Origin: the human T2T-CHM13v2.0 reference genome, Homo sapiens
DNA: 64,000 nt
NCBI RefSeq assembly: GCF_009914755.1
Contig: NC_060936.1
Direction: 5' to 3' (one strand)
The notes beneath the pieces are model-generated. The model made no database searches. It had not been told where the DNA came from and saw nothing but the letters and a program-made list of their open reading frames with translations. Positions 43,398 through 59,225 of the stretch are shown here, piece by piece. The position numbers and the translations under genes are program-made. Each line of letters opens with the position of its first letter. The stretch's first letter is position 1.

Positions 43398-43850
43398 TGT
43401 GTCAGTATATGTCAGAGTTCAATTGCAAATAATGGATACCATCCTAGCTAGTTTAAGCAAAAATATGTTTAATTCAGATAATTAGGTGCTTACAACACAA
43501 AATCAATGAAGGGACTAGAAGAGCATATTCTCATCTAAGCTTCTAGAAATGAGTTTTAGAATAACACTGTAGATCAGACCTGCCAAGAAATTTGCTACCA
43601 CTGCCAAGGTCAAGAAAGTGGGGCACTAGGAAGACATTGCCCCAACTGCCTGGCTCCAAAATCACATCACCTCCAGCTCCATCCATGCCAGGCGAAATGG
43701 ATACTCCAGACCTTGTCTTTGGACACCCACAGCACTGAGACCTCTGCTACAACTGCCACAGGAAACCATGACTAACCTTTTCAGGAGAAACAACAGAAGC
43801 AAGAGAAGCACAGCCTCTGCCTCACTTCTTCTGCCTTGACTTGAATAAGA
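43398..43850 (-). mobile_element. Old LTR (MLT1N2/O-like), likely 5' LTR of the adjacent internal region
   Basis: tgtgtcag...gagttcaattgca...ctagctagtttaagca directly abuts the internal start. Confidence 0.55.
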
Positions 43851-44004
43851 AGAACTCACTTGTGGGAAGATCAGAGCAAGAGCCTCTGGACAGACGGAAT
43901 AGAAAGTGCAAAGAACCTGAAGTGTATAAGAGAAAGAGAAAGCAGGCTAGCATGCCTGGAGCATAATGAACAAGGAAGACAGAGCAAGGTGTTTTTAAAC
44001 ATAG

Positions 44005-44520
44005 GCTGTATTATTATTATTCAGATACAGTACAACCAACAGATCAGGAGACAAGCCATTGAAAAGACAGTCTATTACAATTCCTGAGAAGGGGGTCACA
44101 CCACACCATACAGGGCCACATGAGAAAACACCAGGTCAATCGGGAGACAGAGGGAGCAAGGGGTAAATGTGGGCAGAAGCCTTTCTTGTGGTTTTCATGG
44201 AAGAAATGTGCAATACAGGGGAAGCAGGCTAAACAGGCTGAGAATTGACTGGTTTGAGTAATTTCAGTGAGCTCTGGGGTATAGGGCTGTCTCTAGGTGT
44301 CTACCTGACCCTGGGTGATTAGGACTGAGGAATATTGCCCCAAAGTGTTAAAGCCCAATAAAGGAGGCAGTTGAGGGTATGGACCCTTGATTGGTTGGTT
44401 TGCACACAAAAGGCACTCTTGGCGGGATTTTATCTAGGAATTAGCTGACCCTGGGAGGGGCAGTCTCTCCAAGGTCAGTAAGGCCCCAGATGTCAAAACA
44501 TCAGAATAAAAAGACAGGCT
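44005..44520 (-). mobile_element. ERVL LTR (MER54/MER74/MER76 group) within L2 remnants
   Basis: tctaggaattagctgaccctgggaggggcagtctctccaaggtcagtaaggccccagatgtcaaa. Confidence 0.65.
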
Positions 44521-44524
44521 AAAG

Positions 44525-44661
44525 TGGGGTGTGGTGGTGCGCACCTGTAGTCCCAGCTACTTGGAAGGCTGAAGTGGGAGAATTGCTTGAGCCCAAGAGT
44601 TGGAGTCCTGCCTGAGCAACATAGTAAGACCCCATCTCTAAAGAAAAAACACAAAGAAAGG
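44525..44661 (+). mobile_element. Free Alu monomer (FLAM/FAM)
   Basis: Single monomer; TSD aaaagacaggctaaag / aaaggacaggcttaag. Confidence 0.85.
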
Positions 44662-44776
44662 AAAGGACAGGCTTAAGACAAGGGATCAATTCAGTAGGGT
44701 CTCGTAAATCAGTGAAAGGAGTTTGTATTTTATGCCCTCTATAATGAAAAGCTATGAGCTGTTCAAGGAAGGCAAT

Positions 44777-45083
44777 GGGCAGGTGTGGTGGCTCATGCCT
44801 GTAATCCCAGCATTTTGGGAGGCCGAGGCAGGAGGATCACTTGAGGTCAGGAGTTCGAGACCAGTCTAGCCAACATGGTGAAACCACATCGCTACTAAAA
44901 ATACAAAACTTAGCCTGACGTGGTGGTTCATGCCTGTCATCTCAGCTACTGGAGAGGCTGAGGCAGAAGAATTGCTTGAACCCGGGAGGCAGAGGTTGCA
45001 GTGAGCCAGGATTGCACCACTGCACTCTAGCCTGAGCAACAGAGTGAGACTCTGACTCAAAAATAAAAATAAACATAAAAAAT
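44777..45083 (+). mobile_element. AluS
   Basis: Full dimer; near-TSD aaggaaggcaat / aaggaaaggaat. Confidence 0.95.
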
Positions 45084-45089
45084 AAAGGA

Positions 45090-45705
45090 AAGGAATGACA
45101 TTGTCTGATCTACACTTGGAGAAAATCTCACCAGCTGAGTGAGATGCAGAGGGCAGCAAAGGCCCAGTGAAAAACAATTTGCTGTGCCCAGGTTTTAGCG
45201 GCAAACATGGTAAGAGAGGGTGGCTTGGGATTAACTTTTTGAGGTAGAACTGTGACAGGACTTGCTGAGAAAAATTAAGTGTGGGATGTTAAAAAAGAAA
45301 TATTAATAAAATGGACAGCTGGATTTTTGGCCTGAGCAACTGGGTGGCAACAGGTCTCTTACTGCACTGGGGAAGCTCAGGAGAGGAACAAGAGCTCTAT
45401 TTGGGACACGGTAAGTTTGGGGCGACTCTAAAACACCTAAGGGGAGATATTCAGTTGTGTTGATAAGGAAAGGCTAGGGACAAAGAAATATGTTTGAAAG
45501 TCACAAAAGTTAAATGAAGTGTTTCAGGAAGAGGAGGGGACCAAATGTGTTAAAGACTGCTAAGAGATTAAGATGAGGACTGAAAATTAACCATTGTATT
45601 TGGCAACATGGAAGTTGTTGGTTATCTCGATAAGAGAAAATTCTGGAGTGGTAGGGACAATTGGAGAAAATGAGAGATAAAAAGTGGAGACAGCAAGTGT
45701 CAACT
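45090..45705 (-). mobile_element. L2 fragment
   Basis: ttttggcctgagcaactgggtgg; agatgaggactgaaaattaaccattg...tggcaacatggaag. Confidence 0.7.
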
Positions 45706-45899
45706 AGAGGACATCAGGGATTTAGGCAAAGGCCCAGGTTATCTCAGATAACACCTCTGTTCTATCCCCAAATGTCACCACCTTCCATCATCCACCACAC
45801 CGTTTCTATGCTGAAAATATTCAGAAGGCTGAACTCTCTGTGTAAGTTCCCCACTCAGCACATCTGCAATGACATAGGAGATTGGGGATTGATGGAAAC

Positions 45900-46495
45900 C
45901 CAGCTCTCCCTCCTGTGAGCCCCTGGATAAGCAGACAGGCAGTCTCCTCACTGGAACACTTTCTTCCAAAAAAGCAAACCAAGCGTGGAGATCAATGACA
46001 TCACTGGCATAGCCTCTAGAATTCTCCAGGAGCATCTACATTTAACAGGAAGCTGAGATTTCACTCACGGGAGTTAATTCCCAGGATGAGACTCTAGACA
46101 TGAGGGACAGAGACCCTCAAACCTCATGCCGTCTGTAACCAAAGAGACCCTTCATGAGTGGGGAGGCAATAGTTATCCCAGAGAAAAACGGTGTCAGGAA
46201 GTTGACCAAGGGCAATGAGCCTAAGGACAGGAGGAGAACACAGCAGGCACTGGGGATCCAGACAGAATTATCTGGCCCATGACACTGTCTCAGCTCAGGG
46301 TTACCCAGGGAAACCCCAAGAGTCAGGGGTTCCCAAATCTCCAGCAGGGTGGAGGCACAACGCCAGCTGGAGAATGACTATGGGCGCCACAGAGGCTGAG
46401 GCTTCCTGGGAGGAGAGAGGGCAACAGCAGAGCCTCCCCTGTGCCCAACAGCCCGCCTCCCTGGCAGGATGACAATTTCACCTCCTTGGGTAAGT
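45900..46495 (+). promoter_or_regulatory. Candidate OR10P1 promoter and non-coding exon 1
   Basis: Unique stretch dense in O/E (EBF)-like motifs (ttaattcccagga, ttatcccagaga, acccagggaa, ccccaagagt), ending in consensus donor tgg|gtaagt at 46490. Confidence 0.45.
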
Positions 46496-47609
46496 GCTCC
46501 ACACAGTGCCAAGCAGCCTTGGGCCTTTCTCTGATGCATCTAGACCCTGCCAAAAACAGGAAGAGAAGAGGAACAGTGGGCAGATCAGGGCCCATTCAGG
46601 GCCTTAGGACCTCTTGCTGTGTGTTGGGAGTCAGTATCTGTCCCTGGGCGTGGGAGAAAAAAGTCCAGAGACGGTTCCCAAATCTCTACTATTGCATTTG
46701 CAGAGGTGTGATTCAGATATCATTAAGCTGGCTGGACAGGGAGAAGGGCTGGGAAGGAGACAGAGAATGTTGGACAATTTCTGCCAGATAAAACTGCACA
46801 TAACAGAACAAGGCAAGTGTGTATATACGCAGACTGTGCAAACCTTTTATGTATGGTGTGAGTAGGTATGCTGTGGGGTATGTGTAGCATGTTATAAGTG
46901 TGGTGATCGTGTCATAGGCATGTCTGTGGTATGTCTAATAGGATGGGGTGTGTGGGGTGAAGTGATGGAGTGAGGCAGTGGATAGTGTGTACAGGCTTGT
47001 GGGTTTGCGTGCAGTGTGTAAGTCAGCTGGGCATCACAGCCTCAGTACTGTCTATGGTCAGCATCTCTCAGGCTCCTGTTAATGGGTCCCATCCCAGATC
47101 CCACAGACAGCTGCCTGCATCCTCCTTTGCTGCCCCACACCCTCTCCAACACACACACATATACACCATGTGCAGCTCCCATTAATACTTTAGACAAAAC
47201 AAAAAATCTGAAAGAACAAAAGCTAGTTTATTGCCTGGCTGTGCTCCCCCAGACCTCTCTGACCCAATAAATGTTGTCCTTCCCTCATTTCCCCCATTTC
47301 CCGCAACCCCATTAGGCTCCAGAATCCCAACTCCCTTGCCCCCAAGATGTCAAAGCTACCCCTCAAGATCTGCTTTCTGTTCCATTCAGCCTTTAACAGC
47401 CTCATCTCCTGCATCCAGGGGTCACGGGTAACCAGTCCTGTAGCCAGCCAGCCACACCCTGCTGGTCATCCTCTGTCCATCTAGCTGGTTAACCACAGGT
47501 TAGCTCTTCCCCAAGCCACATGCCCATTCACTGATCAATTTGCCATCTGCCTGTCTCTCTAAGGCTTATTGGAGGTATACGGATGGTTTTATGGTTTTAA
47601 AAAGAGCCA

Positions 47610-47785
47610 CGGAAGGGGGAAATGGAGAATTGCTTAATGGGTATAGAGTTTTCATTTTGCAAAATGAAAAAGTTCTAGAGCTCTGTTGAATATACTTAAC
47701 AATACTGAGACATACACTTAAAATGGTTAAGATAGTAAATTTTATGTTATATGTTTTCACCACAATAAAAAATAGTGTTTTTTAA
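47610..47785 (+). mobile_element. L1MB-like 3' end
   Basis: ttaatgggtatagagtttt...acacttaaaatggttaagatagtaaattttatgttat. Confidence 0.75.
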
Positions 47786-48149
47786 AAAGAACTTCATCCC
47801 CTCTCTGTGACCCTGCGGGCAGTTACTCTGTCTTTCTCAGCGATCCTCTGTGGGAGGCTTTGAAAAGTTTAGTGGTGACTTCAGGGCCAATGTCTCTCTG
47901 AAGATTGTCCCAACTGTGTCAGGATGTGTGGGAAGAGGAAAAGGGAAATTATCAGAGTCAGAGTGGAAATAGGGAAGGAAGAACAGACAATCTGGGGGAA
48001 ACTTGCCTCTCCACCCTCACGGACGACATCTTAAGGCAAAATCTAATTAGAGGTCTGAGAGTGAAGAAATGCTCACAGTGTGGAAAAGGTGAGGTGAGTA
48101 TGGAGGGAGGGACAGGCCTGGATGAGGACAGGGAGGGTCAAGGAGTCCA

Positions 48150-48320
48150 GAAGAGGACAGGGTGAGAGAGGGCTGAGGGGAAAAAAAAAAAAAAATCCTA
48201 TTGGCACAATGTACACTATTTGGATGACGGGTGCACTAAAATGCCAGACTTCATCACTATACAATTCATCCATGTAACCAAAAACCACTAGTACCCCTAA
48301 AGCTATTGAATTTTTTTTAA
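48150..48320 (+). mobile_element. L1PB4-like 3' end
   Basis: ccagacttcatcactatacaattcatccatgtaaccaaaaaccac. Confidence 0.8.
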
Positions 48321-49049
48321 GGGACCTGTTTTACTAAGAGATGAAAGGTTGGTATTGCCACTCATGTGTCCAGCTACAGGAATCCAAAACAATTATAACA
48401 CAGCGAGACCCATAAAAATGTCCACATGCTTAGCCAATAATATTACTCTTAATTTACCCTAACGGAATAAGCTAACAGAGCAAACTGAGACACACATGAA
48501 AATATTGTTTTCATCATTGTCTACCATAGCAAAAAAAAGATGGGACAGCGTAAAGTGCACAAGGATGAGAAGCGTTTGTTAAATGTTAGTGGAGAAATTC
48601 AATGGACTACTACAAGAATTTTTTTTGAAAGATTGTTCAGAATACCATGCGGTCTCATGGCAAAATGCTTACAGCAAACATTAAAAAAGGAAAAGAAGAC
48701 ATAAGGTATATACACTATGACTACAAGCATAGAATATGGGTTTGCAGTGGGACAAAGACTTGAGAGTGATATATGAGAAAAAAAGAATTTAAGGTGATGG
48801 AATAATGGTGGATTTATTCCAAATGTTTCCTAAATATTTTTAATTGAAAAAAACAACATTTTAAAAATTTGAAAACATCAGGATCTATTTCGTGTTTTCT
48901 TGGTGGTGTGGACATCTGAAAAGTTTTTTTTTCCTTTTTAATCAGCCAGCCCAAAATGTCATGAAGATTTATGGACGAAAGTAGAGAGGACTAATGAACT
49001 CAGATACTCCTTCTGTCCAAACTGACTACATGCAAGTTCATCTCCCAAA

Positions 49050-49660
49050 AGTGTAGAGTGAGGCTATTGGCCTCACAAGACATATAGTAAGTATGTGGTT
49101 GATACCTCAGGCTCAAAATTACAATTCTGGTTCTGCTGTTCACTGACTTTGTGATCTTGCGTAGGTCGTTTAAACCCTCAGAGCTCTGGTTCTTTATCTG
49201 CAATGACAAAATAACAATTGTCACTAATGTTGTTATAAAGGTCAACTGATATACTGTATAATCCCCAGCACACAGCACTCTCCAAACATAAGCTAGAATA
49301 AATGGTTTAAGGCCACAAAAAAAAAAATATGTTGAGAGAGCAGAGTGAGGGTGGGATGAAAGTTAAGTGCAATGGATAGAACTTTGAGGCTCTGTTTCCT
49401 AAATATGAAGATGGCCAGACTAACCTCATGGCGTGGGTCAATATGGGTGATCAAAGCTCCGTGAATCTTGGGACCAGGACTTCTGAAAGTCCAGTCCAGT
49501 TTCCTGTCTTTGTCAAACTAGCTGCCTAAATTTAGGCAAATCACTTAATTGTTCTATTTATCAGTTCCTCTGTCTTTATAACTGAGATTCGTTCACTCAT
49601 CTAATAAATGTTTAGCGAACACTCGACATGGTCCAAGTACTGAGCTTGTTTTTCTGGTGA
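49050..49660. mobile_element. MIR and L2-end fragments
   Basis: MIR cores at about 49125-49270 and 49490-49585; ttcactcatctaataaatgtttagcga L2 tail. Confidence 0.55.
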
Positions 49661-49974
<314 letters not shown>

Positions 49975-49979
49975 TTGGT

Positions 49980-50011
<32 letters not shown>

Positions 50012-50049
50012 TTTTTTTGACTGGTGATTAACCTCCAAGGCAGTTGATA

Positions 50050-50305
50050 ACTTGGTGGTTAAGATCACAGGCTCTGGGGTTAGGCAGACCTGGATTTGAA
50101 CCCAAACTCTGTCACTTACAAAATGTGTGACATTGAGAAAGTTACTTAACACTGTCTGGGCTTCCCTCTCCTTATCTGTAAAATGGAGAAAATGAAGGTT
50201 TCTATGTCGTAGTGTAATTAGGAAGATCCAATGATTTAATGAATGTTTAGCCCTTAGCATGGTGCCTGGCAGGAACCAAGCACTTGGGAAACATTAGCAG
50301 CTGCT
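50050..50305 (+). mobile_element. MIR
   Basis: gtggttaagatcacaggctctgggg...aagttacttaac...atctgtaaaatggag. Confidence 0.85.
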
Positions 50306-50539
50306 AAAATAGGTAACTGCCTCCCCACCTCCCCACCACGTCCTGCAGGATCTCACAGTGGAGTAATAAGTGCTAGGACCAAAGGACAAGCAACATCTCA
50401 TGAAAGCAGAGATAAAAGTGCCTTCCTCAAATACTCAAGGGCTCTCTGGTGCAAGAGGAGTTAAATATTGTATGAAATACTAAGCATTTAGCCAAGACCA
50501 ATACAGTAAAGTCTTTTCCTACAGGCAGAAGAGGCCATA

Positions 50540-50700
50540 GCTAGAAAGGGCTACCTCAATAGGTGGTGAGTTCCCCATCACTGCAGATGTTCAAACAGAC
50601 TCTGCACAGCACCCTTCTAAAATGTTGAAGATAAGATCCAAGTACTGTCATATGGAAATATATGTTCCTAAATGTCACTTTTAATCTTGAAATGCCATGG
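50540..50700 (+). mobile_element. L3/CR1 3' fragment
   Basis: aggtggtgagttccccatcactgcagatgttcaaacaga. Confidence 0.55.
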
Positions 50701-51209
50701 ATAATTATTTCTGAGCCTGAGGATCACAGAAAGCTGCCACCGAGATAGCGAAACTTGAGTGAAGGCTTGAAGTGTGATGGGATTTTAATATGAAGAATAG
50801 AAATATCCTCTGAAAGGAGACACTATGGCAATGCATGGAGGCCTGACAGAACAGGGTGTGCTGGGACAGAACAGCTAGTGTAGCTGATCACAGGGCCCCA
50901 GATAAGAGGAGAACAGAGAAATCAGGGAAGGTGTCAGAATCCCAATGATACCATTGGGCAGTATTATCACAAATAGTCATATCACTGTGTGACACTCTTA
51001 ACCCACAGCTCACTATGGTGAACATTAGACACCAGTTCGGGACAGTCCCTGGTGCTACCCAGTTTCTTTTGTGCCTCAGCATCCATCTAGAGAGTACAAA
51101 GGGGCCTAGGTCATAGCAGCTGCTTCACCCCTCACTCTGGAGAGAGATCCAAAGATCAGAGCTAGAGTCTTTACATATGAGAGTCAGGCCCCAGACACAG
51201 GACGAGAGC

Positions 51210-51420
51210 CCAGGAAACAGTGAGAAAGGCGTCGAATTTGGAGTCAAGAGACCTGGATTCAAGTTCCAGGCCTGCCACTTTCTAGATATTACCTCAGACA
51301 CATTATTTAATCTCTCTGAGACCCATGGCTCATTCAGAGAAAGGTATTAATTCTCTCACTTGATTTTGAGAGGAACTGTGTGGCAAGTGCTTTACCAAAT
51401 TACAGAAATGTTGCTTGTTA
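51210..51420 (+). mobile_element. MIR immediately upstream of the OR10P1 acceptor
   Basis: ttggagtcaagagacctggattcaagttccagg...ttatttaatctctctgag. Confidence 0.7.
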
Positions 51421-51471
51421 TTTCTAAATAACTTCTCTTCTTGGCTGTGCCTCAGCTTCTGGCCTGGAGTG

Positions 51472-52413
51472 ATGGCTGGGGAAAACCATACTACACTGCC
51501 TGAATTCCTCCTTCTGGGATTCTCTGACCTCAAGGCCCTGCAGGGCCCCCTGTTCTGGGTGGTGCTTCTGGTCTACCTGGTCACCTTGCTGGGTAACTCC
51601 CTGATCATCCTCCTCACACAGGTCAGCCCTGCCCTGCACTCCCCCATGTACTTCTTCCTGCGCCAACTCTCAGTGGTGGAGCTCTTCTACACCACTGACA
51701 TCGTGCCCAGGACCCTGGCCAATCTGGGCTCCCCGCATCCCCAGGCCATCTCTTTCCAGGGCTGTGCAGCCCAGATGTACGTCTTCATTGTCCTGGGCAT
51801 CTCGGAGTGCTGCCTGCTCACGGCCATGGCCTATGACCGATATGTTGCCATCTGCCAGCCCCTACGCTATTCCACCCTCTTGAGCCCACGGGCCTGCATG
51901 GCCATGGTGGGTACCTCCTGGCTCACAGGCATCATCACGGCCACCACCCATGCCTCCCTCATCTTCTCTCTACCTTTTCGCAGCCACCCGATCATCCCGC
52001 ACTTTCTCTGTGACATCCTGCCAGTACTGAGGCTGGCAAGTGCTGGGAAGCACAGGAGCGAGATCTCCGTGATGACAGCCACCATAGTCTTCATTATGAT
52101 CCCCTTCTCTCTGATTGTCACCTCTTACATCCGCATCCTGGGTGCCATCCTAGCAATGGCCTCCACCCAGAGCCGCCGCAAGGTCTTCTCCACCTGCTCC
52201 TCCCATCTGCTCGTGGTCTCTCTCTTCTTTGGAACAGCCAGCATCACCTACATCCGGCCGCAGGCAGGCTCCTCTGTTACCACAGACCGCGTCCTCAGTC
52301 TCTTCTACACAGTCATCACACCCATGCTCAACCCCATCATCTACACCCTTCGGAACAAGGACGTGAGGAGGGCCCTGCGACACTTGGTGAAGAGGCAGCG
52401 CCCCTCACCCTGA
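51472..52413 (+). CDS. OR10P1: Olfactory receptor 10P1, intact 313-aa 7TM receptor
   Basis: MAGENHTTLPEFLLLGFS; LHSPMYFFL, MAYDRYVAICQPLRY, HFLCD, KVFSTCSSH, PMLNPIIYTLRN; acceptor cctcag ends 51455; protein recognised. Confidence 0.95.
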   Translation: MAGENHTTLPEFLLLGFSDLKALQGPLFWVVLLVYLVTLLGNSLIILLTQVSPALHSPMYFFLRQLSVVELFYTTDIVPRTLANLGSPHPQAISFQGCAAQMYVFIVLGISECCLLTAMAYDRYVAICQPLRYSTLLSPRACMAMVGTSWLTGIITATTHASLIFSLPFRSHPIIPHFLCDILPVLRLASAGKHRSEISVMTATIVFIMIPFSLIVTSYIRILGAILAMASTQSRRKVFSTCSSHLLVVSLFFGTASITYIRPQAGSSVTTDRVLSLFYTVITPMLNPIIYTLRNKDVRRALRHLVKRQRPSP

Positions 52414-52670
52414 AGGGACTCGGATGTCTGCTCACTCACTCAGTGCTCATCCTCCCACTCTTCAGGGACTGGATTTAAACCCCACTCTCACAGAAATCAC
52501 GCAGCACCTCAAAGGAAAAGGCTTCCTGGAAGAAAGTGCTGAAATTAAAACAGAGATAAATCTACATATTGCCTCTTATCCCAGAGTCCACACTCACTAT
52601 CAGAGCATGGGTTATTAGGTCAAGGTAGAATGAAAGTGATTGCTGCCCTAGGGAAAGGGCATTTATTTAG

Positions 52671-52757
52671 CATCTTCTAGATTGTTCTGGATCCCTGAGC
52701 ACAGTGATTGCCATGGCTGCACCGGTAGCCAGAGGTCCATGTCAGTCATGAAAGCAG
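52671..52757 (+). repeat. Source copy of exact 87-bp direct repeat (second copy 55264-55350)
   Basis: Base-by-base identical to 55264-55350. Confidence 0.97.
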
Positions 52758-53590
52758 GTGTCTGTGAACTTGACATCCAACTAAGTGACCCACCCAAAGC
52801 CTGTGGAGGAGTTTACCTAGCCCCTCTGTTACATTTTCTTCCACCACCTGTGTCTGAGCTTTCCTCTACTCAGTGGAACATCTGTTCTCCCCTTGGCCTT
52901 CAGGAAGAGGGGCATCTGAGGGTTCCAGTCATAAGGCTCTCTCCTTCCCAAGATACCAGCACAAAAGGGAAGATGGTCAGATGGTATCAAAAAGGACCAA
53001 GTTAAACATCAGGAAAAGTTATCTCCCAGGACAGCCTATACATGTCTCCCAGAAACACACTGGGGTGTCCTACTGTGGGTGCTTTTGGGAAAGAGCTGGT
53101 CAGGGATTCCAGAAGACCCACCAGCTTGAGAGGCAGGATCCAGAGCTGGAGCTAACCAGAGAGCCAGAAGCAAGACAAGGTGGAAGGAAAACACTCCCAT
53201 CCCTCTGTGCTGAGGTGCCACCGGCTGCCCACTTCCCTCAGGCCAGGGACAGATGTTTCTCCTGCTTTATTCCCTGGAGCCCCCCATAGCTAAAGGGCAG
53301 CAGAAGGCCGAGGCAAAAAGACAGGCTGTTCCACGTCCCCTCTATTCCCTCACCTCTCACACATCATTACCACCTTTGTGTCCTCTAGCCAAGAAATGCC
53401 AGAAACTCTGGCTTTCAGTGAGGAGAGACCTCAACATTTCATCAATAACATGAGCTGTTCAGGAAATGATGGGAACCCAGTCTTCCCTCTTACCACCCCT
53501 GTGATCTTCAAGGAGTCCTTATCCCTCACAGAGGCTCTGCTCTTGTGCGAAGGAGTATTCAGCCATGGGAATCAGTGTGTTCTTCTGTAG

Positions 53591-53862
<272 letters not shown>

Positions 53863-54117
53863 TCAAAATAAGTCTCATGAAGTTGTTCTCATTCCTAGAA
53901 ATAGAGAGTAGAATGGTGGTTACCAGAGCCTGGAGAAGGAAGTGGGGAAGGGGACATAGGGAGGGATTGGTCAGTGGATACAAAGGTACGTTTAGAAGGA
54001 ATAAGTTCTAGTGTTCTATGGCACCATAGGGTGACCTCAGGTAACAATATTGTATTGTAGATTTCAAAATAGCTAGAATAGAGAATTTTGAATGTTTTCA
54101 CCACAAAGAAATGATAA

Positions 54118-55424
<1,307 letters not shown>

Positions 55425-55531
55425 ATATGCTAAATATCTTGATTTACTTATTACACAAGTGTATACATGTATTAAAACATCACACTGTACCCCACAAATA
55501 TGTACAATTATTATGTATCAATTAAAATAAT

Positions 55532-55690
55532 AGGCCAGGTGCAGTGGCTCATGCCTGTAATCCCAGCACTTTGGAAGGCCAAGGCAGGAGGATTGCTTAA
55601 GACTAAGAGTTTGAAATCAGCCTGGCCAACATAGCGAGACCCTGCCTCTATTTAGGTTTTTTTAATTAAAATAATAAAACAAAATAAATG
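55532..55690 (+). mobile_element. Alu left monomer (FLAM_C/AluJ)
   Basis: ggccaggtgcagtggctcatg...aacatagcgagaccc. Confidence 0.85.
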
Positions 55691-56184
55691 TCATACTCCC
55701 TGCATTCACCACTATCACCCAGTTACAGACAGAGGATCCATACAAATTACAGGTCACTCCAAGCAGGGGCTCACCATTTGAAGGGAAAAGAGTACATGTG
55801 GCCAAAGGCAAGACAGCCTGAAAGAAAAACCAAAGAAGGCAAAAATGCTCTCTACAGTACCATGAGTAACTAAGGTCACTCCTCCACCTATGAAGAAGCA
55901 AGTCAGGGGCCAGAGAGGACGGCAGGAAGTGTTTCTACACTTGTTTCTCTCTGGGAGTGGAATAAAAAATCCCTTCACCTTGTGGAAAGCCTAAGGATCA
56001 GGGTAATTACTAGTGCTCCCACCTCCACTGGGTACAGACCATAAGGATGTTGTGGGCCACTTGAGAACTTGGGGGCTCATCCTCAGTGACAAGACCAGGT
56101 TTGAGTTTTTAAAAGATCACTCTAGCTGTGGTATGGAAAATAGGTAATAGAGGCACCAAAAAGAGACACAGAGACCACAAACCA

Positions 56185-56680
56185 GTCCATCAGTCAGGGC
56201 ACTTAGTTGCAAACGACAGATTCCACTCTGATCATCTTAAGCAGAGACTAATTATTCAAAGAAGATTTCACAGTGCACAGCGTCTCCAAGGGGAACAGGT
56301 TTACCAGCCGTGTGGCCAGGGTGACACTCAGCACCCGCAAGGGCAGCTCCAGTGTCAACTCCACGGCACTGGCAGCACAGTTCACACAGCACTGCCCAGT
56401 GCCTACAGCTGGCTCTCGGGACGACAGGCCTGGGCTCTGCCAGATGCCTTCCCTACAAGCTCATTAGATGGTGAATTCTGCATCCTCCTCTGTAGAATCT
56501 GGAAAAGCAATTTACCTTGGGGAATGAAGACCAGTGAGGCATAAAACTTCCCAAACATTGAAAGGGTGTTCCAAAGGCACTGGACAGACAGAAAAAAAGA
56601 CAAATGTCCCCCAGAGATGCCACTGCTGCAACCAGGATCCAGGTGGCCAAGACACTCTCTACTGAAAAGATAGAGAGATA
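56185..56680 (-). mobile_element. Old MLT1N/O-like LTR
   Basis: cagtcagggcacttagttgcaaacgacagattccactct...ttaagcaga. Confidence 0.5.
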
Positions 56681-56769
56681 CGGTGCAGTGATCTGGAGCA
56701 GGCAGAACTTGGAGATGATTAGAATCTGAACAGGAAGCATGGAAAGACAGTCAAACCAGAATGAATAGT

Positions 56770-57310
56770 AATAAGAATAGGTAACATCACATACATGCTA
56801 GGTACCAAAGACTATACTAACCTCTTAACCTGTAACTGTCTTATTTAATCCCCATAAAAACTCTACGAGGTACAGATCTCAATTTTTTGGGACCTAAAGC
56901 TCATACAATTTAAGACAGCTCTATTTAATAAAAAATATCCATGGCTACTTCAACACCCCCCAGAAGAAGAGGAAATGTGACAGAGAGGAAGCAAGAGTGA
57001 AAAAGACAGACATTACAACAGCCTGCAGTTAACACATCACTTCTGCAATTTATATAAGGACATTTGACCACAGGAACACAATTGCTAAGGCTCTTTCCAC
57101 ACCTTTATGAGGAACCCATACAAATGAAGAGCCCCAAAAGCTTAAGCTTGACAGTAGGTCCACCTGTAGGTCAACTCTATTGTTATGCCAATTTCAACCA
57201 GTTGAGGAAACCGAGGCACAGAGACATTAAACAACTTTCCCTAGGTAACACAGCTAGGAAATAACAGACTTGAGTTTCCAGCTCTAGAGCCCATGCTTTC
57301 AATTCTCCCT
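56770..57310. mobile_element. MIR (-) interrupted by hAT-Tip100 Arthur1-like element (about 56870-57168)
   Basis: MIR halves atttaatccccata / tgaggaaaccgaggcacagag; inner gggacctaaagctcatacaattt...aagcttaagctt. Confidence 0.55.
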
Positions 57311-57689
57311 CCAAAAACGTGAGTTTAGAGAAAGTAGAAAGATGAGGGCAGCCAAGGAGCTAAGGAGCATAAACAGAGGCAAGAAAATGAGATCAGTGAC
57401 ACACGGTGTGGGGGGCGGGGACAGGAGAGCCTCCTCTGCTGGAAGCCACTTCCTCTCATCTGGACTGGGTATGCAAATCTTGAGAAAGAAAATGCAATTT
57501 TTCCCGTCTCATAAGCAGAGAAGATTCCAGAAGCCACTTGCTGTTGCCTGGCAGGGCACAAGGTCACCCTTCTTATCCTGCCTCAGGGTTACATCGGCTT
57601 TCTCGCTCTGCGCCACCAAATCCACAGGCACCTTCATCAGGTCACCACCCCGTAGAGCACCACACTGGTCCATTCTATTGATGAAACTA

Positions 57690-58690
<1,001 letters not shown>

Positions 58691-58879
58691 GTTCATTCTT
58701 AATAGGCCTACAAATAGAAGGGTCATAATGGCAGGAAAGGAGGCCATCCATGAACTTAACAGGGTCTTCCCCCCAAGCTCTAAGTGGATAGAGCTTGTGG
58801 GGGACAAAGCTCTATCCACTTCTACAGAAGCCATTAGGCCCAAATTTGTGGATTCTCTAAACTCTGACAGCCGAGACAC

Positions 58880-59225
58880 AGCCCTGTGATCTTAGCTAGT
58901 CCTAGCAGATGCAACTGCCTAAGACTTTGAATCAGGTGCAAGTGATTCAAAGAAGTAAAGTTTACAATTCATTTTGGTGATGACCACAGTGGCATCCAGG
59001 CCCACCAGCAGCAGCCTCAGCACCTGCACGGTGCCAGAGGAGTCACGGGCAACAGTGCCAGCAGTGCCTGCAGCATCCTAGTCAACCACCCCTGTGCTAT
59101 GACCTGGCCTGTGGTTCTGGCCTCTCAGCTTCTTTTGGTACCTGATCATTGCCTAAGCCTGGTTTTCCAAGATTCCTCTCAACTCCTTGAGCTACCAGAG
59201 TCAGGTTTTCTCTAACCCAGAATTG
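58880..59225 (+). mobile_element. LTR33-like ERVL LTR
   Basis: gcctaagactttgaatc...tgtggttctggcct...ctcaactccttgagctacc. Confidence 0.45.

Noticed and set aside
46800-47020. TG-rich tract apparently inverted relative to the CA-rich tract at 37410-37530
   Set aside because: Low-complexity composition can explain the resemblance.
51415-51471. 19-aa N-terminal extension of OR10P1
   Set aside because: Non-ATG start upstream of the acceptor at 51455; the true start is 51472.
56128-56544. 138-aa ORF
   Set aside because: Lies in L2/LTR remnants; no protein motif.
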